Assembly: GCA_963833985.1 (NCBI GenBank)
Contig: CAWIAD010000001.1
Location: 2,240,001-2,304,000, forward strand
Source of the DNA: an uncultured Planctomycetaceae bacterium
GTDB lineage: Bacteria > Planctomycetota > Planctomycetia > Isosphaerales > Isosphaeraceae
Reading direction: 5' to 3'
Length of the DNA stretch: 64,000 nt
In this document: one piece after another, positions 1 to 10,177 of the stretch
Position numbering within the stretch: the stretch's first letter is position 1
How the letters are laid out: every line of letters begins with the position of its first letter
Translations under genes and position numbers: made by a program
The notes under the pieces: generated by a model
Databases searched by the model: none
What the model was told of the DNA's origin: nothing
Seen by the model: only the letters and a program-made list of their open reading frames with translations

Positions 1-1811
1 CCGTGGAAAGGTGCCGGGCTATTGACGCTGGGTGGCATTGTGCTGTCCGGAGTCGTGGCGCTCGGCGACGACCGGCCACCGCTGGCCTCCCAGCTCAATG
101 ATCTGGGACGCCAGGCTCTGGCGCAGGGTGCAACGGCCATGGCCCAGACCTTCTTCCAGAAGGCGCTGGTAATCGATCCGGGGAACACCGATGCGACCAA
201 GGGATTGAGGGAGACGAAGGCCGTACAGGATCGGGTCGTCAAGGTGGCGTTCCAGGATCCTGGGGCGCCTCAACCGCCGGCCCCGGGCGCAGTTCAGCCG
301 CCGGCCCCGGGCGCCATTCAGCCGCCGGCCCCGCCTTCCGGAACCGTGACGCCTCCGCCCGCTCCGGATGCCGGAGCGCCGCCGACCGGCGTGCGGCCTG
401 GAGCCGGCAATGTGGCGACCGACGGCACAACCATGCCCCCCGCCGGTAATATCTCGCCGGCCGCGGGGGCGCCGGAGACTCCGCAAGCCCGGGCCACTCT
501 TGAAGAGGTCAACCGCGAGGACACTGTCGCCCGCCAGCAGCTCACCAGCGACGTCGAGCAGAGGCTCCAGGCGGCGCGCAACCTGATCGCGTCTGGCCAG
601 CCCGAGGCCGCGCTCACCAATCTTCGCCTCGCGCAGAACTACGTGAAGTCGGCGCCCAACGTCTCAGAGAGCGCCGCAACGCGCTGGACAAGCGGATCGC
701 CAACCAGATTCTCACCACGGTTCGCGACGAGGAGCGTATCGTCGGCGAGCGCGCCGAGCAGAGGCGGCTGCTGGCGGCGTCCGAGCAGCGTACCAGGGCC
801 GTCTCCGAGTTCATGACCAACCAGGAAACCATCAAGTCGATGATGACCCAGTTCGACCTGCTCATGGGCGAGGGCATCTACGGCTTCCTGTACGGCGGCG
901 GCTACGGCAACATCACGGCAGCCGCGGCTCCTTTCTACTCGGCCCGCGTGCTGGCTCAGCATGCCCGCGCCCTGATGCGGCGCGGAGTTCTGCCTTACAG
1001 CGACTGGGACCCAGCCGCCGATGCCGGCATGTACACGTCGATGACTGTGAGCTTCCTCGCACAGGAGCTGCAATTCCGCCAGCTCAAGTGGTTCCGCTAC
1101 ATGCTCACCATGCAGGACGTCACCCGCGCCAGCGTCCCCTTCCCGGACAACCAGATCATCGAATACCCCGACGCGGAAGTGTGGCGCACGCTTTCGGAAC
1201 GGCGGATCGCCCGCTATGGCAAGGCCGTCGACGTCTTCGAACGCGACCCCAAGACCAAGTCGATCCTCGCCAAGCTGGACCAGCCGATCGCCATGTCCTT
1301 CCCCAACGAGACGCCGCTGGAAGACGTTCTGAAGTACGTCAAGCAAGCCACCCAGGACGCCAACGACACGGGCATCCCGATCTACGTCGATCCCCTGGGC
1401 ATGCAAGAGGCCGACAAGACGCTCACATCGCCCGTCTCCATCGACCTCGAGGGCGTGCCCCTGAAGACGACGCTCCGGCTGCTGCTCAAGCAGCTTGGCC
1501 TGACCTATACCGTCAAGGATGGCTTTCTCATGATCACTTCCCAGGAATCGGAAGACCAGCAGACCGAAATCCGCGTGTACCCTGTCGCTGACCTCGCCAT
1601 TATCCCCCTTTCCCTGATGATGGGCGGTGGTGGTATGGGCGGCGGTATGCGAGGTGGTATGGGCGGCGGTGGCATGGGCGGCGGTATGGGCGGCGGTGGC
1701 ATGGGCGGTGGTATGGGCGGCGGTATGGGCGGCATGGGAATGATGTCCGTACCCGTCGAGCCACAGCCGCAGGATCCTGCCAGCCCTTACATGGAAAAAA
1801 AAAGCAACTGA
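1..1811 (+). CDS. Secreted planctomycete protein with Pro-rich linker, STN/secretin-N-like domain and Gly-Met-rich tail; 5' end outside window; apparent frameshift at ~673
   Basis: Frame is open from nt 1 (PWKGAGLLTLGGIVLSGVVALG, signal-like). ORFs 22..816 and 813..1811 join if one C is restored at ~673 (..VSESARNALDKRIANQIL..EFMTNQ). C-terminal ILAKLDQPIAMSFPNETPLEDVL..IPIYVD..IRVYPVADL resembles STN-like modules. Confidence 0.7.
271..333 (+). repeat. 24-nt coding tandem repeat (QPPAPGA[V/I], about 3 copies)
   Basis: ca[a/g]ccgccggccccgggcgc units seen directly. Confidence 0.8.
1620..1740 (+). repeat. Gly-Met low-complexity coding repeat
   Basis: Repeated atgggcggcggt/ggtggcatg units encoding MGGGGMGGG. 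Confidence 0.85.
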
Positions 1812-1844
1812 ACCAGCTTGACCCTGCTTCTCGGAACCCCATCA

Positions 1845-1882
1845 CGCGGGACCAGTCGGGCACGTCACCGGCTGGTCCCGCG
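1845..1882 (+). other. 15-bp RNA hairpin between the first two ORFs
   Basis: cgcgggaccagtcgg (1845-1859) pairs with ccggctggtcccgcg (1868-1882), one G-U pair, 8-nt loop. Confidence 0.7.
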
Positions 1883-3181
1883 GTGCGTTTACCGGACAAC
1901 GCTCCTGCGGTGCAATCAGCACGCCCGCCGCTCGATCGAGGAGCGGCTCCCGTGATCCGTCCGGCGCTGCCGGGAGGCGCACTCCGCCCGGCGCTCATCC
2001 CGATCGCCCCGGGCCTGGTGCCGCCTGGCGCCGGACAGCCGGCGGGGCATTCAGACCCGTACAAATACTGGTCGGAGTACTACCGCAAGCACGATGAATC
2101 CGCGGAGCAGCTGCGCGAGACCATCTGGCTGCTCAACCGCAGCCGTAAGTTCGTCGACGTCCACGCCGCCATTCTGGGCTACCTGAACCACCGCGGGTCG
2201 AAGAACCGCGAGCCCTGGATGTACGTCGCCCTGGCGATCGTGCTCAAGGAGCTTGGGGCCAAGCCGCAGGATATCAAGGTCAGCCTGGACTATGCGGCCG
2301 ACGCCGCCCAGCGAACTCACAACCCCAACGACCTGGTGAACGCCGCCGACGCACTGTACCTGGCCGGCTATTATGACAGGGTCGGCGCCCTGCTCGACGA
2401 GGCCGCAGGCAAGGTTCCGCATCGCGCCGAGCCGCTGGCCATGTCGATCAACCTGGCACAGACAACCAAGGATCCCCGGCGCATGGGCGATTCCATTGAC
2501 CGCCTGCTGTCGCTGGGCTGGCCGGGAAACGACGACTACTTCCGGATCGAGGCCCGCAAGCAGGCGGAGCAGCTCGCCGCGAAGCTGACCGAGGCGGGCC
2601 AGAAAAGCGAGGCCGACCAGCTCACCGCGCGGCTCCCGGAGGCCCTCGCACGCGATGTATTTGTTCGCCTGAGCTGGGATGGCGACGCTGATTTCGACCT
2701 CGCCGTCGAGGAACCGCTCGGAGCGACGGCCCAGTTCGGTACGCCTCGCACGGTGTTCGGCGGGTCGATCATCAAGAACGGCTACGGCAAGAACCCGGAC
2801 GACATCTACGTCTGCCCGCGCGGTTTCGACGGCGACTACACCATCCGCGTGAGCACTGTCTACACCAACCCCGACAGGCCGCCCACAAGGCTGCTGCTCG
2901 AGACGATCACGCACGAGGGCACGGCGCACGAGAAGAAGGAGTCCCACCCGCTCTCGCCCGGCGACCCCGCACCCCGCCCGGTGGTGGTGCACCTGACCGG
3001 AGGCCGACGTAAGACCGTTCTGCCGTTTCTGAGTCCCGACGCGATCCTCGATTCCACATTCGCCCCGGCGCCGGCGCCCAAGGGGAAGAAGGCCAATGCC
3101 GGCCGGCAACCCGCCCCGGCGGCCGCACTTCCCCGGGGCGCACAGGGAGCAGGAGCCCGTCCCGGCAATCCAGGACGCTGA
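1883..3181 (+). CDS. TPR-like protein with C-terminal DUF2135/YfaP-like domain
   Basis: Helical Ala/Leu-rich repeats, then VRLSWDGDADFDLAVEEPLG (W-x-x-x-x-D-x-D-L motif). Frame is open upstream to the A9 run at 1795-1803, so the start is uncertain. Confidence 0.65.
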   Translation: MRLPDNAPAVQSARPPLDRGAAPVIRPALPGGALRPALIPIAPGLVPPGAGQPAGHSDPYKYWSEYYRKHDESAEQLRETIWLLNRSRKFVDVHAAILGYLNHRGSKNREPWMYVALAIVLKELGAKPQDIKVSLDYAADAAQRTHNPNDLVNAADALYLAGYYDRVGALLDEAAGKVPHRAEPLAMSINLAQTTKDPRRMGDSIDRLLSLGWPGNDDYFRIEARKQAEQLAAKLTEAGQKSEADQLTARLPEALARDVFVRLSWDGDADFDLAVEEPLGATAQFGTPRTVFGGSIIKNGYGKNPDDIYVCPRGFDGDYTIRVSTVYTNPDRPPTRLLLETITHEGTAHEKKESHPLSPGDPAPRPVVVHLTGGRRKTVLPFLSPDAILDSTFAPAPAPKGKKANAGRQPAPAAALPRGAQGAGARPGNPGR

Positions 3182-3246
3182 CGGCAGAGTCTCGCGGGGC
3201 TGAAGCCACGAGCTCAGAACGAGAACCGCCTGGCCGAGTGTGCAGC

Positions 3247-4194
<948 letters not shown>

Positions 4195-4262
4195 CAGATT
4201 ATGCTCCTGTAATGATATATCGAGGCGGGATCGGAAGTGAAGAATGCGATCCGCCGACGCGA

Positions 4263-4622
4263 TCAAAACAGGAAACATTGCAGCCAGGCGTTGCGCCGAC
4301 CTGGGCGGGGCAGGGAGGTGAGTGAGCCGGCCTCCAGCCGCGGAGACAGGGTAAGGGAGACGACGGCCGGGAGCGCGAAGCCGGCCGGGAAAGGTGCCGC
4401 GAAAAAGGGAGCCATGCCTTCCTGATCGGTCCGGCTTTCATGCGTGTTGGACAGCAGAACTTCCGGATCGTCGCCGACGCCTCCATCGACGGCCTCGAGT
4501 ACACCGTGCTGTCCCTGTTCGGCCATCCAGCGCGCATAATCGCTCGCGGCCTCCGCCTGACGGAGAGGCGTTCCCGCCAGGAGTGCGAGCAGGCAGATCA
4601 GGAACATACCGTTGATTCTCAC
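4263..4622 (-). CDS. Small exported hypothetical protein ending RRNAWLQCFLF
   Basis: Signal-peptide-like N-terminus (MFLICLLALLAGTPLRQAEA); co-oriented directly upstream of the DUF1559 gene. Confidence 0.6.
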   Translation of the reverse strand: MRINGMFLICLLALLAGTPLRQAEAASDYARWMAEQGQHGVLEAVDGGVGDDPEVLLSNTHESRTDQEGMAPFFAAPFPAGFALPAVVSLTLSPRLEAGSLTSLPRPGRRNAWLQCFLF

Positions 4623-4756
4623 GGTGGTGTTGTCTCCATGCCATGATCATCGGGGACGAGGCGGCCAAGCGTCAACCCGCCTCCTCTCCGCGGACGGTGC
4701 TGCCCCGCTGGGCCAGGAAGTCACGGCGTGAATCTTCGAGCGTGCGTCAGCCCGGA

Positions 4757-4786
4757 TTGCGAGCGGGGCATGCTTCGCGGTATGAT
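4757..4786 (+). promoter_or_regulatory. Putative sigma70 promoter for the htrA-like gene
   Basis: TTGCGA-N18-TATGAT, about 110 nt upstream of ATG 4899. Confidence 0.4.
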
Positions 4787-4898
4787 TCAGGATCGATTGC
4801 CGAGGTGAGGGCCCGGCCGAGACTGCATGCGACTGGCGGCTCTCGCTCGCGACGATCATCGAGGGAGCGATCGAACCGCAGCCGATGGAGCGACGTGC

Positions 4899-6216
4899 AT
4901 GTCTCGCCGAGCCCGCTGGCTCCGGGCACCTGGAGCCCTTGTTGCCGCCCTGGTCCTCGCAAACCTGGCGTTTGGCCAGCGCGAGGCTGAGACGCTCTCC
5001 GCGAGCTTTCGCAAGGCCGCGGAAAAGGTCCTGCCGGCGGTCGTGGCCGTGCGTCCCATCGGTCTGGTGGAGCGCCCGGTGGCCCCGAGTCTCTTCGGCA
5101 GGCCGCTTTTACCCGTCTGGCCCGGTGTTCTGCCTGGTCGGGTCCTGGAGTCAGAGCCACTGCCGGGCGGATCGGGCGTGGTCGTTGAGGCCGCACGCGG
5201 GCTGATTCTTACCTCCGCACAGGCCGTTGCGGGCGCGGCGCGAATCGTCGTGGTCTTCGAGGATGGACGCGAGCTGGAAGCGCGGCGCGTGATCCGCGAT
5301 CCACGCAATGAGCTGGCCGTGCTGGTGGTCGATCCTGCGAGCCTGCGCGTCAAGGAGGCCGTCTGGGGTTCATCCGAAGCATTGCGGCTGGGCGACTGGG
5401 TGCTGGCGCTCGGGCGCGGCAACGACCGTGCCGCACTGGCGGCCGCGGGGATCGTGAGCGGCCGCTCGGCGGCAGCGGGCCACCCGCTACGGAGCAGTGC
5501 GGTCCTCGGCGCGGCTGGCTCGGGCGGCCCGGTCATCGACCTGGAAGGAAGAATCGTCGGGATCGGTCAGGTACCCATCGATCCGCGCGGCTGGCCGGAG
5601 GCGCTGGCTCCGGCGGTACCCGCCGAGCGTGCCCGTGCATGCCTTGCCGAGACAGCCGCGGGCGGCCCTGCGCGGCGGGGCTACCTGGGCGTCATGCTGG
5701 CTCCAGCGTCGAACGGCGTGGGGCTGTCGAACGAAGCCGCCAGCCTGGCCATCACCAGCGTGACGGTCGGCAGCCCGGCTGCGCGCCGGGCTGAGGGCGG
5801 GAGACCTGATCGTGGCTCTCGATGGCCAGGCGATCAGCAGCCTGGAACAGTTCTCGGCGACCGTCGACGGAGCACCGATCGGTCGGAAATTCCTGCTGAC
5901 CATCGTGAGGGCCGGGAAACGCCAGGAAGTGGCTGTCGCGACCAGCGAGCGGCTCCTGCCGGCCGGCCCGCCAGGCAGCCTGCCCGGTGGACGGCTCCAG
6001 CCGAGGACATTGCGGCCGGCGGCTCCCGGATCGGGCGGGCCGGTGCTCCGCTCCGAAAGTCCGGACGACCCGGTGTCGCGGCCCGCCGTTCCACGAGCCG
6101 AGCCCGAGTCCGCGCCGGAGCTGGACCCCGCCCTGCCGGCTCCGATCCCGCGGGACGGGAGGAGCCCGGCCAGGCCGGAGGCGCGGACCGACCTCCCGGA
6201 GCCGAAAGCGCCGTGA
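4899..6216 (+). CDS. HtrA/DegP-like trypsin-fold + PDZ protein with degenerate catalytic triad; frameshift at ~5785
   Basis: SFRKAAEKVLPAVV, GSGVVV, LRLGDWVLALG, GSGGPVIDLEGRIVGI, RRGYLGV. PDZ continues as SPAARAGLRAGDLIVALDGQ if 2 nt are restored in gcgcgcc at 5781. Confidence 0.8.
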
Positions 6217-6319
6217 ACCCTGCATTGCCCGGCGCCGAATCCGCGACCGTCAGGAAGCCAGAACTAGCCACACCAGAGAGGCCAGAGGCAGCAATTCATC
6301 CATAAGACGGAAGTGCACG

Positions 6320-7732
6320 ATGATCCGACGCATCCTGGCGGTTGACGACATGGAAATCAACCGCGACCACCTGAAGAAAGTGCTCGAGGTGGATGGCCAT
6401 CACGTCGAGACCGCTGCCGACGCTCAGTCCGCCCTGGAGCAGCTGCGCGGCAAGACATTTCACCTGGTGATCACCGACCTGCGGATGCCCGACCTGAGCG
6501 GCCTGGACCTCCTTTCACAGCTTCGCGCCGAGCAGTTTCCGGTGGGGGTCATCGTGCTCACCGCTTACGGCGACACCGCTGACGCGCTGCGCACCATGAA
6601 GGCCGGGGCCGACGACTTTCTCATCAAGCCGTACGATCCCGACCACCTGCGTTTCCTGGTGAAGCGCACGCTCGATCGCCGGCGCTTGATGGACGAGCTG
6701 CACGAGCTGCGCACCCAGTTGCGTGAGGACTACAGCTTTCACACGATGGTCTCCAAGAGCGCGAAGATGCGGCGGATCTTCGACCTCATCGAGCAGGTGG
6801 GACCGATCGGCTCGACCGTGCTGATCCTGGGCGAAACGGGTACCGGCAAGGAGCTGGTGGCGCGGGCGATCCATGCCGCGAGCAGCCGGCGAGACGGCCC
6901 CTTTGTGGCCCTGAACTGTGCGGTTCTCAACGACTCCCTGCTGGAGAGCGAACTGTTCGGCCATGAAAAGGGCTCGTTCACCGGCGCGGAACGTCGCAAG
7001 ATCGGCCGGTTCGAGCAGGCCGATACCGGCAGCCTCTTGCTCGACGAAGTGGGCGACGTGGCACCTGCGATGCAGGCCAAGTTGCTGCGGGTGTTGCAGA
7101 CGGGAGTCTTCGAGCGGGTCGGCGGGACCGAGTCCATCAAGGTCGACGTGCGCATCATCGCCGCGACGCACAAGCGGCTGGAGGACGAGGTCGAGGCGGG
7201 TCGGTTCCGCAAAGACCTGTTCTACCGGCTCAACGTGATTCGCATGGAGCTGCCCCCGCTTCGAGACCGCAAGGAGGACGTTCCGCTACTGGCCACGCAC
7301 TTCCTGGAGCGCTACCGGCCGATCACGGCAACTCCGGTCCGCGAGATCGACGCCGACGCAATGCAGGCATTGCTCCAGCACCAATGGCCGGGCAACGTGC
7401 GCGAACTCGAGAATGCGATCAAGTCCGCCGTGGCTTTCGCGGACGGTTCCCTGATCCGCCGCGAGAACCTTCCCGAGACCCTGGTGCCGCGCCATGCCCG
7501 CTCGCTCGCCGCCACAGGGCTCATCGACATCGAGCGCCGGCTGCCCGAGCTGACCGAAGAACTCATCGGCCAGGTCGAGCGCGAGTACTTCCAGCGCATC
7601 CTCGCGGAATACCGCGGCAACGTGGCCCGGTGCGCGCGGCACAGCGGCCTCTCGCGCCGCAGCGTCACGCAGAAGCTCCAGAAGTACGGCCTCGATCGGA
7701 TGGACTTCAAGCGGCAGACCCAGAAGGGGTGA
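6320..7732 (+). CDS. Sigma54-dependent response regulator (NtrC/AtoC family: REC-AAA+-HTH)
   Basis: ILAVDD, TDLRMP, GETGTGKE (Walker A), ESELFGHEKGSFTGA, LLDEVGD, FRKDLFYRLNV, WPGNVRELEN, C-terminal HTH. Confidence 0.95.
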   Translation: MIRRILAVDDMEINRDHLKKVLEVDGHHVETAADAQSALEQLRGKTFHLVITDLRMPDLSGLDLLSQLRAEQFPVGVIVLTAYGDTADALRTMKAGADDFLIKPYDPDHLRFLVKRTLDRRRLMDELHELRTQLREDYSFHTMVSKSAKMRRIFDLIEQVGPIGSTVLILGETGTGKELVARAIHAASSRRDGPFVALNCAVLNDSLLESELFGHEKGSFTGAERRKIGRFEQADTGSLLLDEVGDVAPAMQAKLLRVLQTGVFERVGGTESIKVDVRIIAATHKRLEDEVEAGRFRKDLFYRLNVIRMELPPLRDRKEDVPLLATHFLERYRPITATPVREIDADAMQALLQHQWPGNVRELENAIKSAVAFADGSLIRRENLPETLVPRHARSLAATGLIDIERRLPELTEELIGQVEREYFQRILAEYRGNVARCARHSGLSRRSVTQKLQKYGLDRMDFKRQTQKG

Positions 7733-7967
7733 CGAGTTTCTCGGTCGGCTCTATTCGCAAAGATCGGTACGACGTCGCGGTAAGGCTTGCTTGAACCGTG
7801 TCGACGGAGGTGGATGCACATTCGAGCGCCTGCGCAGCGCACACGTATTGCAGTCGGACTGAAGTGCCTTATCATTAGCTCAAATAGATCCTGCCTGGTT
7901 AGACACCCTTGTCAACCTTATGGGGCGGGAAGTGTCCTCAAAGTGACCGCTGCTGCTTCTTTCCCGT

Positions 7968-8450
7968 GTGTGCGGTTCCCGGTGGCTCTGCTGGGCGGCG
8001 GGCGCCATTGTCGTCGAGTTATCCTGCGTCCTGGTCTGGTCGCACGTGAAATTTGGCAGCCCTTCGGCATGTCTCGATCTGCTGAGGGGAGACACACTGA
8101 TTCTCCAGAGCAAATCGCTAGATCTCGGGGACATTCCGTCCGGAGCTCAGCGTGTTTGCCGAGTTGCGCTTACCAACTATTCCGGGACGACAGCCAGTCT
8201 GAGGGGCGTCCGATCGGAGCCTCCCTGTGCCGTCGGCGGAGAATTCCCCGTCCTCATACCACTCGGAAATGTCAAGCAACTCCCCGTCACCGTGCGCGGG
8301 GAGAAACAGGGGCCAATTAACTCGAACATATCGCTTTTTTTTGATGTCCCATCTCAGCCCTTCACGGTCCTGACTGTCCGAGCCAACGTGGTTCCCAGCC
8401 CTGCCCCGCAGCGGGCCGGCGTCTCCACGGGCCCTAGCGTACCCAAATGA
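7968..8450 (+). CDS. Membrane-anchored Ig-like (DUF1573-like) protein
   Basis: Hydrophobic N-terminal segment, then SLDLGDIPSG..VALTNYSG..LTVRANV, a pattern typical of DUF1573/ASH-like beta-sandwiches. Start uncertain. Confidence 0.5.
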   Translation: MCGSRWLCWAAGAIVVELSCVLVWSHVKFGSPSACLDLLRGDTLILQSKSLDLGDIPSGAQRVCRVALTNYSGTTASLRGVRSEPPCAVGGEFPVLIPLGNVKQLPVTVRGEKQGPINSNISLFFDVPSQPFTVLTVRANVVPSPAPQRAGVSTGPSVPK

Positions 8451-8530
8451 CGATCCATTCGGCAGATCCGCCGGGGTGAAGCTCTGCTGAGCGCCTCATC
8501 CACCGCCTTTCACTTGGGAGGAGATCTACG

Positions 8531-8815
8531 ATGAGCCGAAAAGCAATCGCTGACGTCGTGACCGCAGGCACGATCTTCCTGTACGTCAACTTGATCGGGG
8601 CCCTCGTACTGACACAGGAGGGTTTCGGAGAAAAGACAGACGCGTTTTGCGACAGCACGTTTCGCTGCCCGGGGGGCAGCTTTGACTGCCCGGGTCCCTG
8701 TATCTCCGGAAACTTACATGGCCTTTGCCAGCCCACCGTTAACAGCATCTGCCCCGACAATTCCGACCTTTGTAAGGATCTGACGTTTGGGTGCAATTGT
8801 GCGGTGGCTTGCTGA
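8531..8815 (+). CDS. Small secreted cysteine-rich peptide (10 Cys)
   Basis: GGAGG RBS; hydrophobic leader (IFLYVNLIGALVL); 10 Cys in the last ~55 aa, ending GCNCAVAC. Confidence 0.75.
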   Translation: MSRKAIADVVTAGTIFLYVNLIGALVLTQEGFGEKTDAFCDSTFRCPGGSFDCPGPCISGNLHGLCQPTVNSICPDNSDLCKDLTFGCNCAVAC

Positions 8816-8838
8816 CCCTGCCGACGCTGTTGGCAGGG
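8816..8838 (+). terminator. Hairpin immediately after the Cys-rich peptide gene (terminator or mRNA stabiliser)
   Basis: ccctgccgac-gct-gttggcaggg, 10 bp with one G-U pair, no U-tract. Confidence 0.45.
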
Positions 8839-9052
8839 GCGATCCCGCGACCACTCGAGGGGCGGCTGAAATCCAGACGGTTGAGACCGACACTAGCCCG
8901 GGAGGGGGGCGCACCCGCCTCGCCGTCTAGTTGGGTAAGATGTTGCCTCCAGCAGTGCCCTCGAGATTCCGATACGTGAATTGACGCGGTCGGTTCTCCG
9001 ACACGACCGACGGACTCCTGGCGTAGCGTGACAGCGGCAACCGGAGCACACC

Positions 9053-10162
9053 ATGTGCAGCGTATTCCTCCTGATCGCACTACTTGGGGACCACCAGGCC
9101 GACGAGATTCTCAGTGGGAACGAGCAAGCGACGGGAGCAATCTACACACTCCGCACGACGATTCAGTCACGGGTCAGCGAGGACGGAGGAGGATCGTGGA
9201 TGGACATGACGACACTCTCCGTGCTCCGCACCGGCCAGAAGGAGATGTGGATTAGTCGTGGGCGTCATCTATTCGTCGGAGGGAGGATCGAGGAGAAGCT
9301 TTCATACTTCCAGCGCCTCTCAACCACTGAGGGCCAGTGGGATCTCGCGGCGACAAACCTGGAGGAACCACCGCGCGGCCCAATCGACTACGTGGAAATG
9401 GACATGGATGGGAAGCGCGTCGGCGGCACCATCAGGCCTCCGCAGCCATTCGGACCAGCTGGCTACGGGATGGTCGAGAAGACCTTGATGTTCACTTTTG
9501 CGGGAAAAACGCTCCGCGAGCTATTTTCGTCGACCGGGAACGTGAGGGCGAAGGCCGGCAGTGACGGACGCGGAGAACCCACATGGGAGTTCAACCTGAG
9601 GGACAGCGATTCGCGTCGTTTCGAGATTTCACTGTCCCCTTCTCATAACTACCTGGCATGCAAGCTGGTCATGTCCACGAAGGACGGCCAGGTGTACCCG
9701 TACTTCGGCATGCTTGTCGTGGAGAAGTGGCAGGAGCCGAAACCGGGCATCTTTCTACCGAAAGTAGTCCGCAGCGGGTCACCAAGTAGGCCTGGGTTTC
9801 TCCAGGAAATTCAGATCGGCGATACGATCGTCAATGAGCCAATGGTCGACGAGAAGTTCCAGCTCGATTTCCCTAGCGGGGCCGCCGTCCGGGACGAGAC
9901 TCACGCAAACTGCGTTTACATCTGGGGCGAGGGGAAGCCCGAAATGACCTTCAAGGACCTGAAGGAGTTTGACCGGTGGAAGGACGCCCGGAAGGCTGCG
10001 ATCCTGAGGAGGAGGAGGCAGGCGTCCTGGTTGTCGTCAAACTGGCCATGGGTCCTGGCCATCTCCACGATCGGGGTCGGTGGAGTGTTCTGGCTGCGCC
10101 GACTAATTTTGCGAGGACCACACGCAACGCCAGGGGGGCGCGCTTCGTCCAGTACTGTCTGA
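9053..10162 (+). CDS. Exported protein with C-terminal TM anchor, possibly LolA/LppX-like fold
   Basis: Signal-like MCSVFLLIALLG; VNEPMVDEKFQLDFPSGAAVRD motif; TM WPWVLAISTIGVGGVFWL followed by RR. Confidence 0.65.
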   Translation: MCSVFLLIALLGDHQADEILSGNEQATGAIYTLRTTIQSRVSEDGGGSWMDMTTLSVLRTGQKEMWISRGRHLFVGGRIEEKLSYFQRLSTTEGQWDLAATNLEEPPRGPIDYVEMDMDGKRVGGTIRPPQPFGPAGYGMVEKTLMFTFAGKTLRELFSSTGNVRAKAGSDGRGEPTWEFNLRDSDSRRFEISLSPSHNYLACKLVMSTKDGQVYPYFGMLVVEKWQEPKPGIFLPKVVRSGSPSRPGFLQEIQIGDTIVNEPMVDEKFQLDFPSGAAVRDETHANCVYIWGEGKPEMTFKDLKEFDRWKDARKAAILRRRRQASWLSSNWPWVLAISTIGVGGVFWLRRLILRGPHATPGGRASSSTV

Positions 10163-10177
10163 CCCACTGAGGATGCA

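Noticed and set aside
7920..7967. Readthrough of in-frame TGA 7944 (MGREVSSK*PLLLL..) or selenocysteine
   Set aside because: No SECIS-like structure or homology support is visible; a downstream start or a sequencing error explains it equally well.
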